Assembly: GCA_964608025.1 (NCBI GenBank)
Contig: CAZSLO010000007.1
Coordinates: 14,825 to 78,824, forward strand
DNA from: an uncultured Dehalococcoidia bacterium
GTDB taxonomy: Bacteria > Chloroflexota > Dehalococcoidia > Lucifugimonadales > CAJWER01
DNA length: 64,000 nucleotides
Reading direction: 5' to 3'
The position numbers and the translations under genes were made by a program. Below are positions 1-9,728 of this stretch, piece by piece. Numbering within the stretch: the first letter of the stretch is position 1; the number at the start of each line of letters is the position of its first letter. The notes beneath the pieces are model-generated. The model was not told the DNA's origin. It saw only the letters and a list, made by a program, of their open reading frames with translations, and made no database searches.

Positions 1-648
1 CTGGTAGGAGCTTTCCACCAACCCAAGATTGTATTAGCCGATGTCAATACCCTTACCAGTTTGCCCGATCGCGAGCGCAATGCAGGGTGGGCAGAAGCAA
101 TTAAACATGGACTAATTCTTGACGCCACTCTATTCCAAGATTTCGAGGTTGAAGGAGATGCCCTACGGTCCTTAGAAAGAAATATTAGTATTGATATAAT
201 CCAAAGAAGCATCGCTATCAAGGCTAAAGTTGTTACAGCAGACGAAAAAGAAACTTTAGGTCTCAGAATATTACTTAACTACGGCCATACTGTAGGACAT
301 GCGATTGAGACCGTGACCGCATATTCACAATATCTCCACGGCGAAGCAGTAAGCATCGGGATGATGGTAGCAGCCAGGATTAGTGAAAGTATGGGTATCC
401 TGTCAGCCGAAGAAGTTCTCAGGCAACAACGTGTACTTGAAGCATTCCAGTTGCCAATTTCGCTTTCCGATTTCGACATGGATTCTCTTAAGAATGCAAT
501 GAAACTAGACAAAAAGACCGTAGAGGGGTCAATCCGCTGGGTTTTACTAGACGGAATCGGACATGCAGTAACTCGTGAAAATGTACCTGAGAATATGATA
601 GACCAAGCTCTTGATTCTCTGGACAAAGAATCCGATACAAGAGCCTAG
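1..648 (+). CDS. aroB: 3-dehydroquinate synthase, C-terminal part (5' end lies outside the window)
   Basis: Frame 1 is open from base 1 (LVGAFHQPKIVLADVNTL precedes the track ORF). NAGWAEAIKHG, LLNYGHTVGHAIE and HGEAVSIGM match DHQS-family metal/substrate motifs. Confidence 0.85.
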   Translation: MVGAFHQPKIVLADVNTLTSLPDRERNAGWAEAIKHGLILDATLFQDFEVEGDALRSLERNISIDIIQRSIAIKAKVVTADEKETLGLRILLNYGHTVGHAIETVTAYSQYLHGEAVSIGMMVAARISESMGILSAEEVLRQQRVLEAFQLPISLSDFDMDSLKNAMKLDKKTVEGSIRWVLLDGIGHAVTRENVPENMIDQALDSLDKESDTRA

Positions 649-654
649 GATAAC

Positions 655-1485
655 TTGGAATACCTACTTCTTTTCGTAATCGGCCTAGGAACGGGTGTGA
701 TCGGTGCTATCACGGGGACGGGAGGAGGAATCATACTTGCCCCAATCCTCCTTATTTTCTTCGGGCTGGAACCGGCTCTTGGAGCTGGTACCACCCTGAC
801 CCTAGTTTCGGTGAATGGTATCTCCGGTTCTATTTTGTACCTCCGTGAAAAAATCGTCGACATACGAAGCGGACTCATTTTCGCCCTAGCAGCTACACCT
901 GGAGCAATACTAGCCCCCTTTGCCGTCAAGCAGATAGCAGGAGATATATTCAAAATACTATTCGGGTTCCTACTCGTTTCCATCGCAATTTATCTTTTTT
1001 ACAGGTCACTCAAACCCAGCAATGCATCCGTGAAAATGACCAGGGCTGTGGCATTTACAGTTAAACAGCGTCAAATAAACACAGGGACAGAAATATACAC
1101 ATATGAATTCAATCAATCCCTAGCGGCAATGTTTAACTTCTTTCTAGGTTTCGTATCTGCATTCTTCGGAACAGGTGGAGGATTCATTCGTACCCCGATC
1201 CTGGTTACAATTTTTGACTTTCCTGTAAAAATTGCCGTGGCAACTTCTATATTTGCATTGTCTATTTACGCGACAATTGGTGCAGCCGTCCATGTTTATC
1301 TTGGTCATACCGAATGGATACCAACTTTTATAGCGATTGCACCGGGCCTTATCATTGGAAGCCTCATAGGTGTTTACCTCTCGAAGCGAATTAGGAACAT
1401 CTGGACAATAATCATGCTAGGTGGTCTTCTACTTATCATGGGAGTCCAACTGGTATCTACAGGAGCAGCCTGGAGATTCGTGTGA
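655..1485 (+). CDS. TSUP (TauE/SafE-type) family membrane anion exporter
   Basis: 276 aa and polytopic. It has two internal halves, each with a G-rich TGTGGG / FGTGGGF helix typical of the TSUP family. Confidence 0.7.
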   Translation: MEYLLLFVIGLGTGVIGAITGTGGGIILAPILLIFFGLEPALGAGTTLTLVSVNGISGSILYLREKIVDIRSGLIFALAATPGAILAPFAVKQIAGDIFKILFGFLLVSIAIYLFYRSLKPSNASVKMTRAVAFTVKQRQINTGTEIYTYEFNQSLAAMFNFFLGFVSAFFGTGGGFIRTPILVTIFDFPVKIAVATSIFALSIYATIGAAVHVYLGHTEWIPTFIAIAPGLIIGSLIGVYLSKRIRNIWTIIMLGGLLLIMGVQLVSTGAAWRFV

Positions 1486-2744
1486 AAGAGCAAGAAACAA
1501 ATAACAAACCCGGCACCCAAAAGGAGCAGATCACCGGGACCGGGAAAAATCCACTGCCACGATCTTTCCGTTTCAGCCTTTATCCTGAATGCACTACCAG
1601 AACAGGAATGGCAAGGGCCGGCATACTGGAAACACCACATGGTACCGTGGAAACGCCTGCTTTCATGTCGGTTGCTACCCAGGGTTCTGTCAAGGCTCTA
1701 GGTCCGTCAGATCTTCAGGATATAGGTGCACAAATTATACTGGCAAACACCTATCATCTGTACCTCCGACCGGGCATCGGTGTAATCAAGGAATTTGGAG
1801 ACCTACATCAATTCATGGCTTGGAATGGGCCAATACTGACTGACTCAGGTGGCTTCCAGGGCTACAGCCTAGCACATCTACGTAAGCTGAATGAAAACGG
1901 AATTATTTTTAAATCACACTTGGACGGAAGTCTACATGAATTCACGCCAGAGGCTGTGGTAAGGTACCAGCAAGTTTTTGGGGCTGACATCATAATGCCA
2001 CTCGATGTTTGCGAGCCATCTTCAGCCAACAAGATCGCCGTGGAAAAATCACTAGAACGAACCTTGAGATGGGCAACTCGCTCTATTGAAACACACAAAC
2101 GTGATGACCAGGCCCTATTTGGAATCGTGCAGGGCGGTATGTTCCCTGATTTGCGTCAACGCTCAGCAGAAATGACTATTGAGTTAGGATTCTCCGGCTA
2201 TGCCATAGGGGGGCTCAGCGTCGGGGAGACAAAGTCACAGATGCACGATATTGTCAAACTGACAACACCGCTTCTACCAACCGATATGCCCAGGTATTTG
2301 ATGGGCGTGGGATCTCCAGAAGACCTGGTCGAATGCGTAGCTCAGGGCATAGATATGTTTGACTGCGTACTTCCAACACGAATAGCCCGTAACGGTGCCC
2401 TGTTTACGGAAAATGGCCGAATCAACATTGATACCGCGTCATTCCGTTCTGATAACAATCCAATTGACGATAAGTGTGACTGCTATACTTGCCAGACATT
2501 CCCCGCGGCCTATATACACCATCTCTTCCGAGCTAAGGAGTTACTCGCATATAGGCTTGCTACCATCCACAACCTGAGATTCACTATCAGGCTAATGGAG
2601 CATATACGCCAATCCATTATAGAGGGGACATTTGAATCGTTAAGACAATCATTCCATGAACGCTTCAGACCTCCCGATGAACAGACAAGACGTGCACAGA
2701 AGCTAAAATGGTTAAAAGCAGTCGGTAGGGGATCTTTGGACTAG
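1482..2744 (+). CDS. tgt: Queuine tRNA-ribosyltransferase (tRNA-guanine transglycosylase)
   Basis: ARAGILETPHGTVETPAFMSVATQG, LANTYHLYLRPG, TDSGGFQ, GLSVGE and the zinc motif CDCYTC...H are diagnostic Tgt motifs. The GTG start overlaps the upstream stop. Confidence 0.9.
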   Translation: MKEQETNNKPGTQKEQITGTGKNPLPRSFRFSLYPECTTRTGMARAGILETPHGTVETPAFMSVATQGSVKALGPSDLQDIGAQIILANTYHLYLRPGIGVIKEFGDLHQFMAWNGPILTDSGGFQGYSLAHLRKLNENGIIFKSHLDGSLHEFTPEAVVRYQQVFGADIIMPLDVCEPSSANKIAVEKSLERTLRWATRSIETHKRDDQALFGIVQGGMFPDLRQRSAEMTIELGFSGYAIGGLSVGETKSQMHDIVKLTTPLLPTDMPRYLMGVGSPEDLVECVAQGIDMFDCVLPTRIARNGALFTENGRINIDTASFRSDNNPIDDKCDCYTCQTFPAAYIHHLFRAKELLAYRLATIHNLRFTIRLMEHIRQSIIEGTFESLRQSFHERFRPPDEQTRRAQKLKWLKAVGRGSLD

Positions 2745-2778
2745 GTTCAGTTTCATATAAGGTAAACCCTGAGGCCGT

Positions 2779-2800
2779 AAAGTGAAGATCAGTTCACTTT
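2779..2800. terminator. Hairpin between convergent genes (possible bidirectional terminator)
   Basis: Perfect 8-bp inverted repeat AAAGTGAA-gatcag-TTCACTTT followed by T. It lies between the tgt stop and the stop of the minus-strand TPR gene. The stem is AT-rich, so support is weak. Confidence 0.3.
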
Positions 2801-2843
2801 TAAACCCACAAGCCCTGCTTCCACTTCTCTGTTATTGAGATCC

Positions 2844-3422
2844 CTAGCGACCAGCAATCCGGTCAAGTATTGTTTCTATCTCGTTCACGCTCCGGATGTC
2901 ACCAATTTCCCGGTAAAGCTTCAATGCCGACTCTAAATCCTCAATCGCAGATCTGATGTTGCCCATTTCCCTGTGTACAGATGCCCTGTTGCGAAACACT
3001 TCTGGTAAGGTATTCTTCAATTCAATCGACTTATCGAAATCTTCTAGGGCAAGTTCCCAGCGCTCTTGGTGAAAATAAGCTACACCGCGGTAATTGTAAG
3101 CCTTGGCAAATTCCGGCAAAACCCTGATCACCCTATCAAAAGCTGTGATTGCTTCTTCGTATTGAGCAGCACCAAGAAGTTGGACAGCCTGTGTGTAAGG
3201 GAAGAGCATATCAGGTGGTTCGGATGTCGGCTCTGGAGTGGGTGTGGGTTCTGGTGTTGGTGTAGGCAAAGGTACCTGGGTAGGCTCAGGAGTAGGAATA
3301 GCCGTAGGGGTCAGTGTAGGTGAAGGTACAGGAGTAGGCGTTGGTGCTGATCCGAGGGAACAACTTATAACCAACGATAGTATGAATATAACCGCAATAA
3401 TACCAGCAAGCCCCTGAGGCAT
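2844..3422 (-). CDS. Membrane-anchored TPR-repeat protein with a Pro/Thr-rich linker
   Basis: Starting at the internal Met (MPQGLAGIIAVIFILSLVISC), which is preceded by GGAGTGGGG, gives a signal/anchor helix. This is followed by a PTPTPVPSPTLTPT...PEPTPTPEPT linker and then TPR repeats (AYNYRGVAYF, ALEDFDKSIEL). The track ORF extends to 3500. Confidence 0.7.
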   Translation of the reverse strand: MPQGLAGIIAVIFILSLVISCSLGSAPTPTPVPSPTLTPTAIPTPEPTQVPLPTPTPEPTPTPEPTSEPPDMLFPYTQAVQLLGAAQYEEAITAFDRVIRVLPEFAKAYNYRGVAYFHQERWELALEDFDKSIELKNTLPEVFRNRASVHREMGNIRSAIEDLESALKLYREIGDIRSVNEIETILDRIAGR

Positions 3423-3553
3423 CCCCACTCCGATCAAATTGTTATAAAAATAGTACTGGAAATTAGCTACTAGGATAGCATAGTAAAAAGATACCTCCAT
3501 CCCAGATGGAATATCTTGTTTACAAAAATTTAATTTACCAAATAGGAGTAGTT

Positions 3554-4078
3554 GTGATTAGAACTCTAGATGGCAAGACACCCCGAATTCACTCTTCAGC
3601 TTTTGTAAGTGAAACCGCCTACGTAATAGGGGATGTGGATATTGGGGCGGGTTCCAGTATCTGGCCGGGAACGGTAATAAGGGCAGATGCCGGTAGTATT
3701 TCAATCGGCATCAACACTTGTATTCAAGACAACTCAGTGGTCCACGGAGACTCCGATGTTATCATTGGAAATAACGTGGTAATAGGACACAAAGTACTAT
3801 GCCATGCCAAGGTAGTTGGGGACAAATCACTGATAGGAAATGGCGCGACGGTTAACGACGGAGCATTGATCGGCGAAGGCAGCCTTATAGCTTCAGGCGC
3901 TATGGTAATCGAAAATATGGAGATACCACCCGGATCAATGGTAGTAGGTATTCCAGCCCGTGTCAGAGGAACCGTACAGGATAGACACACAGATCTGATT
4001 AGGATGACAGTCGAAGAATATGTTCGGAAGTCCAGGCTCTATAAAACACAGGGCAACCTGGAATCAAGGAACCTTTAA
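3554..4078 (+). CDS. Gamma-class carbonic anhydrase-like / left-handed beta-helix (hexapeptide repeat) protein
   Basis: The GTG at 3554 is preceded by AGGAG. The sequence P.I...AFV...A.VIGDV.IG..SSIWPG.VIRAD and the repeated hexapeptide pattern are typical of the YrdA/PaaY gamma-CA family. Confidence 0.8.
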   Translation: MIRTLDGKTPRIHSSAFVSETAYVIGDVDIGAGSSIWPGTVIRADAGSISIGINTCIQDNSVVHGDSDVIIGNNVVIGHKVLCHAKVVGDKSLIGNGATVNDGALIGEGSLIASGAMVIENMEIPPGSMVVGIPARVRGTVQDRHTDLIRMTVEEYVRKSRLYKTQGNLESRNL

Positions 4079-4094
4079 AAAATCTTGGGCGAGG

Positions 4095-5765
4095 TCACAT
4101 ACGTTCTGGTGCTGCCATTCCCATCAGGTCAAGACATCGAGCGAAGACCACTCTAACTGCATCGACTAACAGAAGCCGCGCTTTGGTGATGGGTAATTCC
4201 TCTCTGTTCTGGGAAACTACCCTACACTGCTGGTAAAAAGGATGGAACGCCTTGGCCAGATCCAAGGAATAGTGTGGCAAAGCCTGGGGTTCCAAGCTAT
4301 CAGCAATCAGCTCGACCACTTCGGGGAACTGCAACATTTTGCGTACGAGTTCAAGCTCAGCCGGATGAGTGAGCAAAGATACATCCCCATCTTCATACAC
4401 AATGCCACGCTCGAGCGCCTCTCTAAAAACTCCCGCGATGCGAGCATGAGCATACTGGATATAGTAGACAGGATTTTCATCAGATTCTCGCTTCGCAAGA
4501 TCAAGGTCAAATTCCATCTGGGAACCAGGTGCTTTTGATAAGAAAAAGAAACGGCAAGCATCGGGCCCTATCTCCTCTACCAATTCCCTCAATGTCACAA
4601 AATCCCCGGTGCGTTTCGATGCACGTACCGTCTCATCTCCACGCTTCAACGTGACCAGTTGATAAATCAGTAGATCCAATCTATCTTGATCAACACCTAA
4701 AGCGGAGGTCAGGGCCTTCATAAATCTGACATGTCCCTGGTGGTCGGCTCCCAGGACATCTATCACACGATCGAATTTACGCTCTAGAAATTTGTTGTAG
4801 TGGTAGGCAACATCTGTCGCAAAATAGGTTGGCGCACCTGTGCTTCTAACAAAAACCTTGTCTTCATCATCTCCATATCCTGATGATCGGAACCAAGTCG
4901 CGCCATCTCGATCAACAAGGTCATTTTGCTTAAGAAGCATCTGCATTACTGCTTCATACTGTCCACGCTCGTAAAGACTACGTTCACTGAACCATACGTC
5001 GTATTCTACGTTCAACAACCGCATATCAGTCTCTATGCCAACCACCATACTCCTGAGACCGATTTCACCAATTTCCCCAGCAGCCTGATCTCTATCCATC
5101 GCTACGAAACGATTGCCCTGATCATCATTTATCTTTTGCGCCAAATCGATCATATACTGGCCCTTATAACCACCCTGAGGAACCTCGGCCTCTTCTCCAA
5201 AAAGCTGTAGGTAACGGGCGAGTAAACTATGGTTGAATGCATCAATCTGGCTACCAGCATCGTTCAGGTAATACTCACGCTGAACATCGTAACCAGCTGC
5301 AGCCAAAACGTTCCCTATGGTACTACCCACAACTGCACCGCGTGCATGGCCAACATGGACAGGTCCAGTTGGATTAACACTTACGAATTCGACCTGTACA
5401 CGAATACCTGAGCCAGTGTCGGAAGTGCCAAAAGTATCTCCGGCCTCACGGATGGCATCAACTTGGGATGCGAGCCATCCTGGGTTGATCTCCACGTTGA
5501 TGAATCCAGGTGGAGCAGTCCATGCACGTAAGACAGGTCCTTTAACTGCCACTCGCGCAACAAGGATCTCCGCAATCGACATGGGATTCATCTTCATCTG
5601 GCTGGCAAGTCTTAAGGGAAGACCAGTTGCAAAATCACCATGTTCAGGCTTCTGAGGTCTCTCTACGACCACTTCCACTTCGGCCACCAAAGGGAGCTCT
5701 TTCGAATCCTGTGCCTCTTCGAGAGCTGTCCTAACAATGTGTTCTATCTCATTACTTATAATCAA
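4095..5765 (-). CDS. argS: Arginine--tRNA ligase
   Basis: 556 aa. Class I HIGH-type motif PTGPVHVGHARG, an Arg-tRNA synthetase N-domain, and the DALR anticodon-binding C-terminus ending in ERM. Confidence 0.93.
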   Translation of the reverse strand: MIISNEIEHIVRTALEEAQDSKELPLVAEVEVVVERPQKPEHGDFATGLPLRLASQMKMNPMSIAEILVARVAVKGPVLRAWTAPPGFINVEINPGWLASQVDAIREAGDTFGTSDTGSGIRVQVEFVSVNPTGPVHVGHARGAVVGSTIGNVLAAAGYDVQREYYLNDAGSQIDAFNHSLLARYLQLFGEEAEVPQGGYKGQYMIDLAQKINDDQGNRFVAMDRDQAAGEIGEIGLRSMVVGIETDMRLLNVEYDVWFSERSLYERGQYEAVMQMLLKQNDLVDRDGATWFRSSGYGDDEDKVFVRSTGAPTYFATDVAYHYNKFLERKFDRVIDVLGADHQGHVRFMKALTSALGVDQDRLDLLIYQLVTLKRGDETVRASKRTGDFVTLRELVEEIGPDACRFFFLSKAPGSQMEFDLDLAKRESDENPVYYIQYAHARIAGVFREALERGIVYEDGDVSLLTHPAELELVRKMLQFPEVVELIADSLEPQALPHYSLDLAKAFHPFYQQCRVVSQNREELPITKARLLLVDAVRVVFARCLDLMGMAAPERM

Positions 5766-5985
5766 CGTGCGTCACACGATACCAGATGCCGGCAACAGGG
5801 CCAACGAAACCCTCCAAGTCTTAAGAAGTCCAGTTGAAGAATGTAATAAATGTGGATATTAATATCTGAACTCACAGCAATCCCGGGTTCAAAATCCGCT
5901 CAATAAACCCGATGGGAAGGATGATCGAAATACAACTAGTACTACTGCCAATATGACACATCCTCCAAATATCTCGGAAATAAAA

Positions 5986-7041
5986 TTAGGCTATCACTTC
6001 TATTTTTGGACCTTTGGCGGGGGCTTCTACAAGAATCTCACCTACAACTGCGGCACTGTTTACTCCACTAATTCTCAATGTATCGATCAACTTATCAACC
6101 TTGGATGGATCGATGCTGATAAGCAATCCTCCAGAAGTCTGGGCATCACAGAGTAAAAGTTTATCCTGCTTTCCCAGGAGTGCATCCCACTTAACATGTG
6201 GATCAGCCGAAACTAAATTACGATTTGTCCCACCAGGAACAATATCTTTTTCCAAAAGTTCTAAACATCCTTCTAGAACCGGAACTGCTTGACAAGATAT
6301 TCTCGCAGAGACTGCACTTGCATTAACCAGTTCCAGTAAATGACCTATTAGTCCAAAGCCAGTTACGTCTACACATCCACTAGCACCCACTTCTAGCATA
6401 GCGTGCGATGCCTCACGGTTAAGGTTCCTCATATACTCGACAGCATTAATGATGATCTCGGGTCGAATTTCGGATTGTTTTGCAGCTGTTGTTATTATCC
6501 CCGTACCAATGGGCTTCGTAAGAATAAGTTTGTCTCCCGGCCTTGCGCCGGCGTTTGTGACCTCTGATTTTGGTTCAATCAGACCAGTTACCGCCATACC
6601 AAACTTGGGTTCCTCATCTTCAATTGTGTGTCCACCTACAATAATCACACCTGCCTCAGTAGCCTTTGAAGAAGCTCCTTTCATGATCTCTCCCAAGATT
6701 TCTATCGGCAAATCTGATGGGAACGCAACTATGTTCAAACCAAGTATAGGCGTCCCGCCCATAGCGTAAACATCCGATACCGCATTAGCCACAGCAATCT
6801 CACCATACGTGAACGGATCGTCCACAATAGGTGGGAAGAAATCGACCGTCTGTACGATAGCTAACTCATCAGTTAGCTTATATACAGCCGCATCGTCACC
6901 CGTAGCAAAACCTACCAGGAGATTCGGATCTGATACTTGGGGCAGCTGGCGCAAGACCTGCGCCAGGTCATCTGGACTTAATTTACCTGTTCAACCTGCA
7001 CAACGTGCAAGAGATGTCAGGCGAACCGGTTGATGCACCAT
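5986..7041 (-). CDS. selD: Selenide, water dikinase (selenophosphate synthetase), selenocysteine-containing form
   Basis: The track ORF (5986..6954) is a SelD lacking its N-terminal active-site loop. Reading upstream in the same frame gives ATG(7041)-MVHQPVRLTSLARCAG-TGA(6993..6991)-TGKLSPDDLAQVLRQLPQV, i.e. the G-x-G-[C/U]-x-x-K-[IL]-S-P loop with TGA at the E. coli Cys17 position. GGAGGA lies 8 nt upstream of the ATG. The total of 351 aa is a normal SelD length. Confidence 0.85.
6946..6966 (-). promoter_or_regulatory. SECIS-like hairpin downstream of the selD UGA
   Basis: Minus strand CUGGCGCA-GGUCU-UGCGCCAG: a perfect 8-bp stem with a GGUCU apical loop, starting 24 nt after the UGA. As I recall, the loop and closing pairs (GCAGGUCUUGC) resemble the E. 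coli fdhF SECIS apex (GCAGGUCUGC). Confidence 0.55.
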
Positions 7042-7144
7042 TGGGTATCCTCCACATTATTTAGGTACGAGTATAACAAACCCTATCCGGAATCGAGCTC
7101 TTAACACCGAGACGATTCTCCTCACATAGCAGTATTATTAAGAC

Positions 7145-7804
7145 ATGAGAATTAAATACAAATTGATAATTGGACTACTGGCATTCACGATCCCGACCGT
7201 AGTTGCCTGTGTTAAACATACCGAAACTCCAGAGGTTCAAGCTCATATCGAGTATGCAAATGGATCAAAATTACAGGATCTAGGAAGCCTCCAGAAGGCA
7301 GGTAACGCTTATTCCAAGGCAATCTCATTGGATCCTAGTTTCGCGGCTGCATATGTAGGACGTGGATATGTCTATCTTGCACACCAGAACCTTGCGTCCG
7401 CCCTCAGGGATTTCGACAAAGCGATCGATCTAGACCCTAATTTATCAGAGGCATACAACTACCGAGGATTGGTGTCCATAGGACTGTCTGATCCAGAACA
7501 GGCAATGCTTGATTTCACCAAAGCAATTGAGATAAATCCCCGGTTTGCTGATACCTACATTAATCGAGCCAGGCTCTATTTTCACCAACGTGATCTCTAC
7601 AGTGCAATCGAAGATATGACCATGGCAATACGGGAAGAACCAGGAAAACCACAATACTACATGGAACGTGCCCAAATTCACCTATTCAACCAAGATATAT
7701 CTGCAGCTACAATAGACCTAGAACAAGTTTTATCACTTACCAAAGATCCTGAAGTGGAACTGGAAGTAAAACGTCAACTAACTCGGATTGGGACTCTCAA
7801 TTGA
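7145..7804 (+). CDS. TPR-repeat lipoprotein
   Basis: Signal peptide with Cys (LLAFTIPTVVAC). Several TPR units follow (AYVGRGYVYL, ALRDFDKAIDLDP, AYNYRGLV, DFTKAIEINP). Confidence 0.75.
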   Translation: MRIKYKLIIGLLAFTIPTVVACVKHTETPEVQAHIEYANGSKLQDLGSLQKAGNAYSKAISLDPSFAAAYVGRGYVYLAHQNLASALRDFDKAIDLDPNLSEAYNYRGLVSIGLSDPEQAMLDFTKAIEINPRFADTYINRARLYFHQRDLYSAIEDMTMAIREEPGKPQYYMERAQIHLFNQDISAATIDLEQVLSLTKDPEVELEVKRQLTRIGTLN

Positions 7805-7968
7805 AAGAAACACAATAGTCCTTTACAAAAAATTTGGACCAGCTCCCTAAAACTCCAGTATATTCAGGCTTCGATCTCACCAACTGGTTCACAACACCAG
7901 TTCAAATAACACAATTAAACAGCTCCCTGTTTGACGTCTCTTCATATAGCTAGATATAGTGATCCTTC

Positions 7969-9258
7969 ATGGCTGGGCTGGACCAGGAACCGAACGAGGT
8001 AGTCGCGTTGCAAAAAAAGGACGCCGGCGCTCTGAGCGACACCACATGGCTAATTCTGATGTCGCTCATGCTTTTCTTACTCCTTTTACCAATATCAAGC
8101 TACGTGGCAGCCCTATCCCTGATAAAACAAGAATGGACACTAAGTAACACCGCGGCCGGCGCCATATACTCAGCCTACCTGGCAGGGTACGTACTTTCAG
8201 CTCTACTTGTAATTCCGCTAACTGACCGAATTGGACCTCGAAATATTCTCCTCGGATCCGCCGTATTATCGATCTTTACCCACATTATGTTCCCGATTTT
8301 TGCCGATGACATATTGATTGCTGTTTTCCTTAGAGCAGCGGCTGGAGTAGGCCTTGTAGGTATCTATATGCCGGGGCTCCGATTGATCGCAGACCGGTTC
8401 AGAGGCAACCGACGTGGTATGGCCATGGGCCTTTATGTAACTGCCCAATACGCAGCAAATAGCTGCTCCCTGGCACTTACAGGTCTACTCATGAATACAT
8501 TTGAATGGAGAGATGCGTATTTATTTGTCGCAATTGGAGCTGTCACCGGAATTCCTTTAGCAATACTTTTGCTCAGGAACCATGGCCAATCAACCCAAGG
8601 CATATCAGGCCGGCTCAACATGTCTGTATTTAGCAATGCTTCGGCCCGTTACCTGATCTTGGGGTACTCCCTCCACGCACTACAACTTTTTGCGGCGCGT
8701 GTCTGGTTACCAGTTTTTCTGGTCGGAGTTCTTATCGGTAAAGGGATTGATCCCGCAAAGGCGACTGTCGATGGGGCAACGATTGGTGGACTCGCATTGC
8801 TCGCCGGATCTGTCGGGCCTTTCATGGGTGGAGCCATCTCAGACAGATGGGGGCGATCAACATCAGCATCGCTGATCTTCGGACTAAGCGGTGGATGTGC
8901 ATTTATTATTGGCTGGACAACCGGATTACCTCTCGGTCTTATTTTCGGACTCAGTGTCATTTACGGGTGGGCTATTGCCGCAGACTCTGCCATATATTCA
9001 ACCGGAATAGTAGAAGTATCTTTACCCTCTACCCTAGGATCCACAATGGCTGTACAAGCATCTATAGGACTTCTTGGAGGGGTAGTAGGACCTATTATGT
9101 TTGGGGGCATCCTAGACATCTCGCCAAATGGTCTCGATTGGCCGATAGCATTCTCATCTCTTGGGTTATTAGCAATTGTCGCGATATGTGGAATGCAACG
9201 AATCCGCTATCTACCTCAAAATAACCTTTTGAAAGAATACGAAAACAATCCAACATAG
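7969..9258 (+). CDS. MFS transporter
   Basis: 429 aa with about 12 hydrophobic helices. It has the MFS loop motif LTDRIGPRN between TM2 and TM3 and a second-half repeat ISDRWGR. Confidence 0.8.
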   Translation: MAGLDQEPNEVVALQKKDAGALSDTTWLILMSLMLFLLLLPISSYVAALSLIKQEWTLSNTAAGAIYSAYLAGYVLSALLVIPLTDRIGPRNILLGSAVLSIFTHIMFPIFADDILIAVFLRAAAGVGLVGIYMPGLRLIADRFRGNRRGMAMGLYVTAQYAANSCSLALTGLLMNTFEWRDAYLFVAIGAVTGIPLAILLLRNHGQSTQGISGRLNMSVFSNASARYLILGYSLHALQLFAARVWLPVFLVGVLIGKGIDPAKATVDGATIGGLALLAGSVGPFMGGAISDRWGRSTSASLIFGLSGGCAFIIGWTTGLPLGLIFGLSVIYGWAIAADSAIYSTGIVEVSLPSTLGSTMAVQASIGLLGGVVGPIMFGGILDISPNGLDWPIAFSSLGLLAIVAICGMQRIRYLPQNNLLKEYENNPT

Positions 9259-9287
9259 ACAGGATCAATTATCTAGAAGGGGAAAAA

Positions 9288-9728
9288 TTGTCAAAAATTA
9301 CAGTTAAAAGCCTAGGTGACATGCAACAACTAGTCGTGACCACCAACCACACCTTCATAGCAGATGAATCAACAAGTGAGGATAATGGCCAAGGTCCAGA
9401 TCCCTATGAACTACTTCTGGCCTCCCTTGGGACTTGAACGGCAATGACAATCCTCCTGTATTCTCGGAGGAATGAATGGCCGGTTGAGAGCGTGACTATC
9501 GAGTGCAGCTATCGCCGTGTCAAAAATAGTGAACCACCCACTGGTGGATCGAATATCGAACCTATAGAAGAAATACATAGTAAAATTACTCTCAGCGGGG
9601 ATCTTTCGAACGATCAGAGGGATCGTCTCGCATACATAGCTGGGAAGTGTCCAATCCAGCGCACTCTCGAATCGAAACCTCGTATGATTAAAGAGATAAA
9701 TGTAGTCCAAACAGAGGAAAGCAAATGA
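9288..9728 (+). CDS. OsmC/Ohr-family peroxiredoxin-like protein with in-frame UGA (predicted selenoprotein)
   Basis: The track ORF 9444..9728 is only the C-terminal two-thirds of an OsmC fold (GKCPIQRTL carries the resolving Cys). The same frame is open upstream: TTG(9288)-SKITVKSLGDMQQLVVTTNHTFIADESTSEDNGQGPDPYELLLASLGT-TGA(9435..9437)-TAMTILLY. The TGA sits exactly where the family has the peroxidatic Cys (P.ELLL.AL..C....). Full length is 146 aa. Confidence 0.75.
9451..9471 (+). promoter_or_regulatory. Candidate SECIS hairpin downstream of the OsmC-like UGA
   Basis: UCCUCC-UGUAUUCUC-GGAGGA: a 6-bp stem starting 13 nt after the UGA. It is weaker than the selD element (no GGUC loop). Confidence 0.35.

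Noticed and set aside
3225-3350. Repetitive GGTGT/GGAGT-rich nucleotide tract that might be a tandem repeat or a CRISPR-like array.
   Set aside because: It is the coding sequence (antisense view) of the Pro/Thr-rich linker of the TPR protein. The repeats are imperfect, with no spacer/repeat periodicity.
5883-5899. T-loop-like string CCGGGTTCAAAATCCGC in the argS-selD gap. I considered it as part of a tRNA, attractive as a possible tRNA-Sec next to selD; GGGAAGGATGATCG nearby also resembles the 5' end of E. coli selC.
   Set aside because: The putative T-stem lacks the conserved G53-C61 pair (G-T and C-C instead). The flanks are AT-rich, with no acceptor, D or anticodon stems that I can pair on either strand. 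No cloverleaf can be built.
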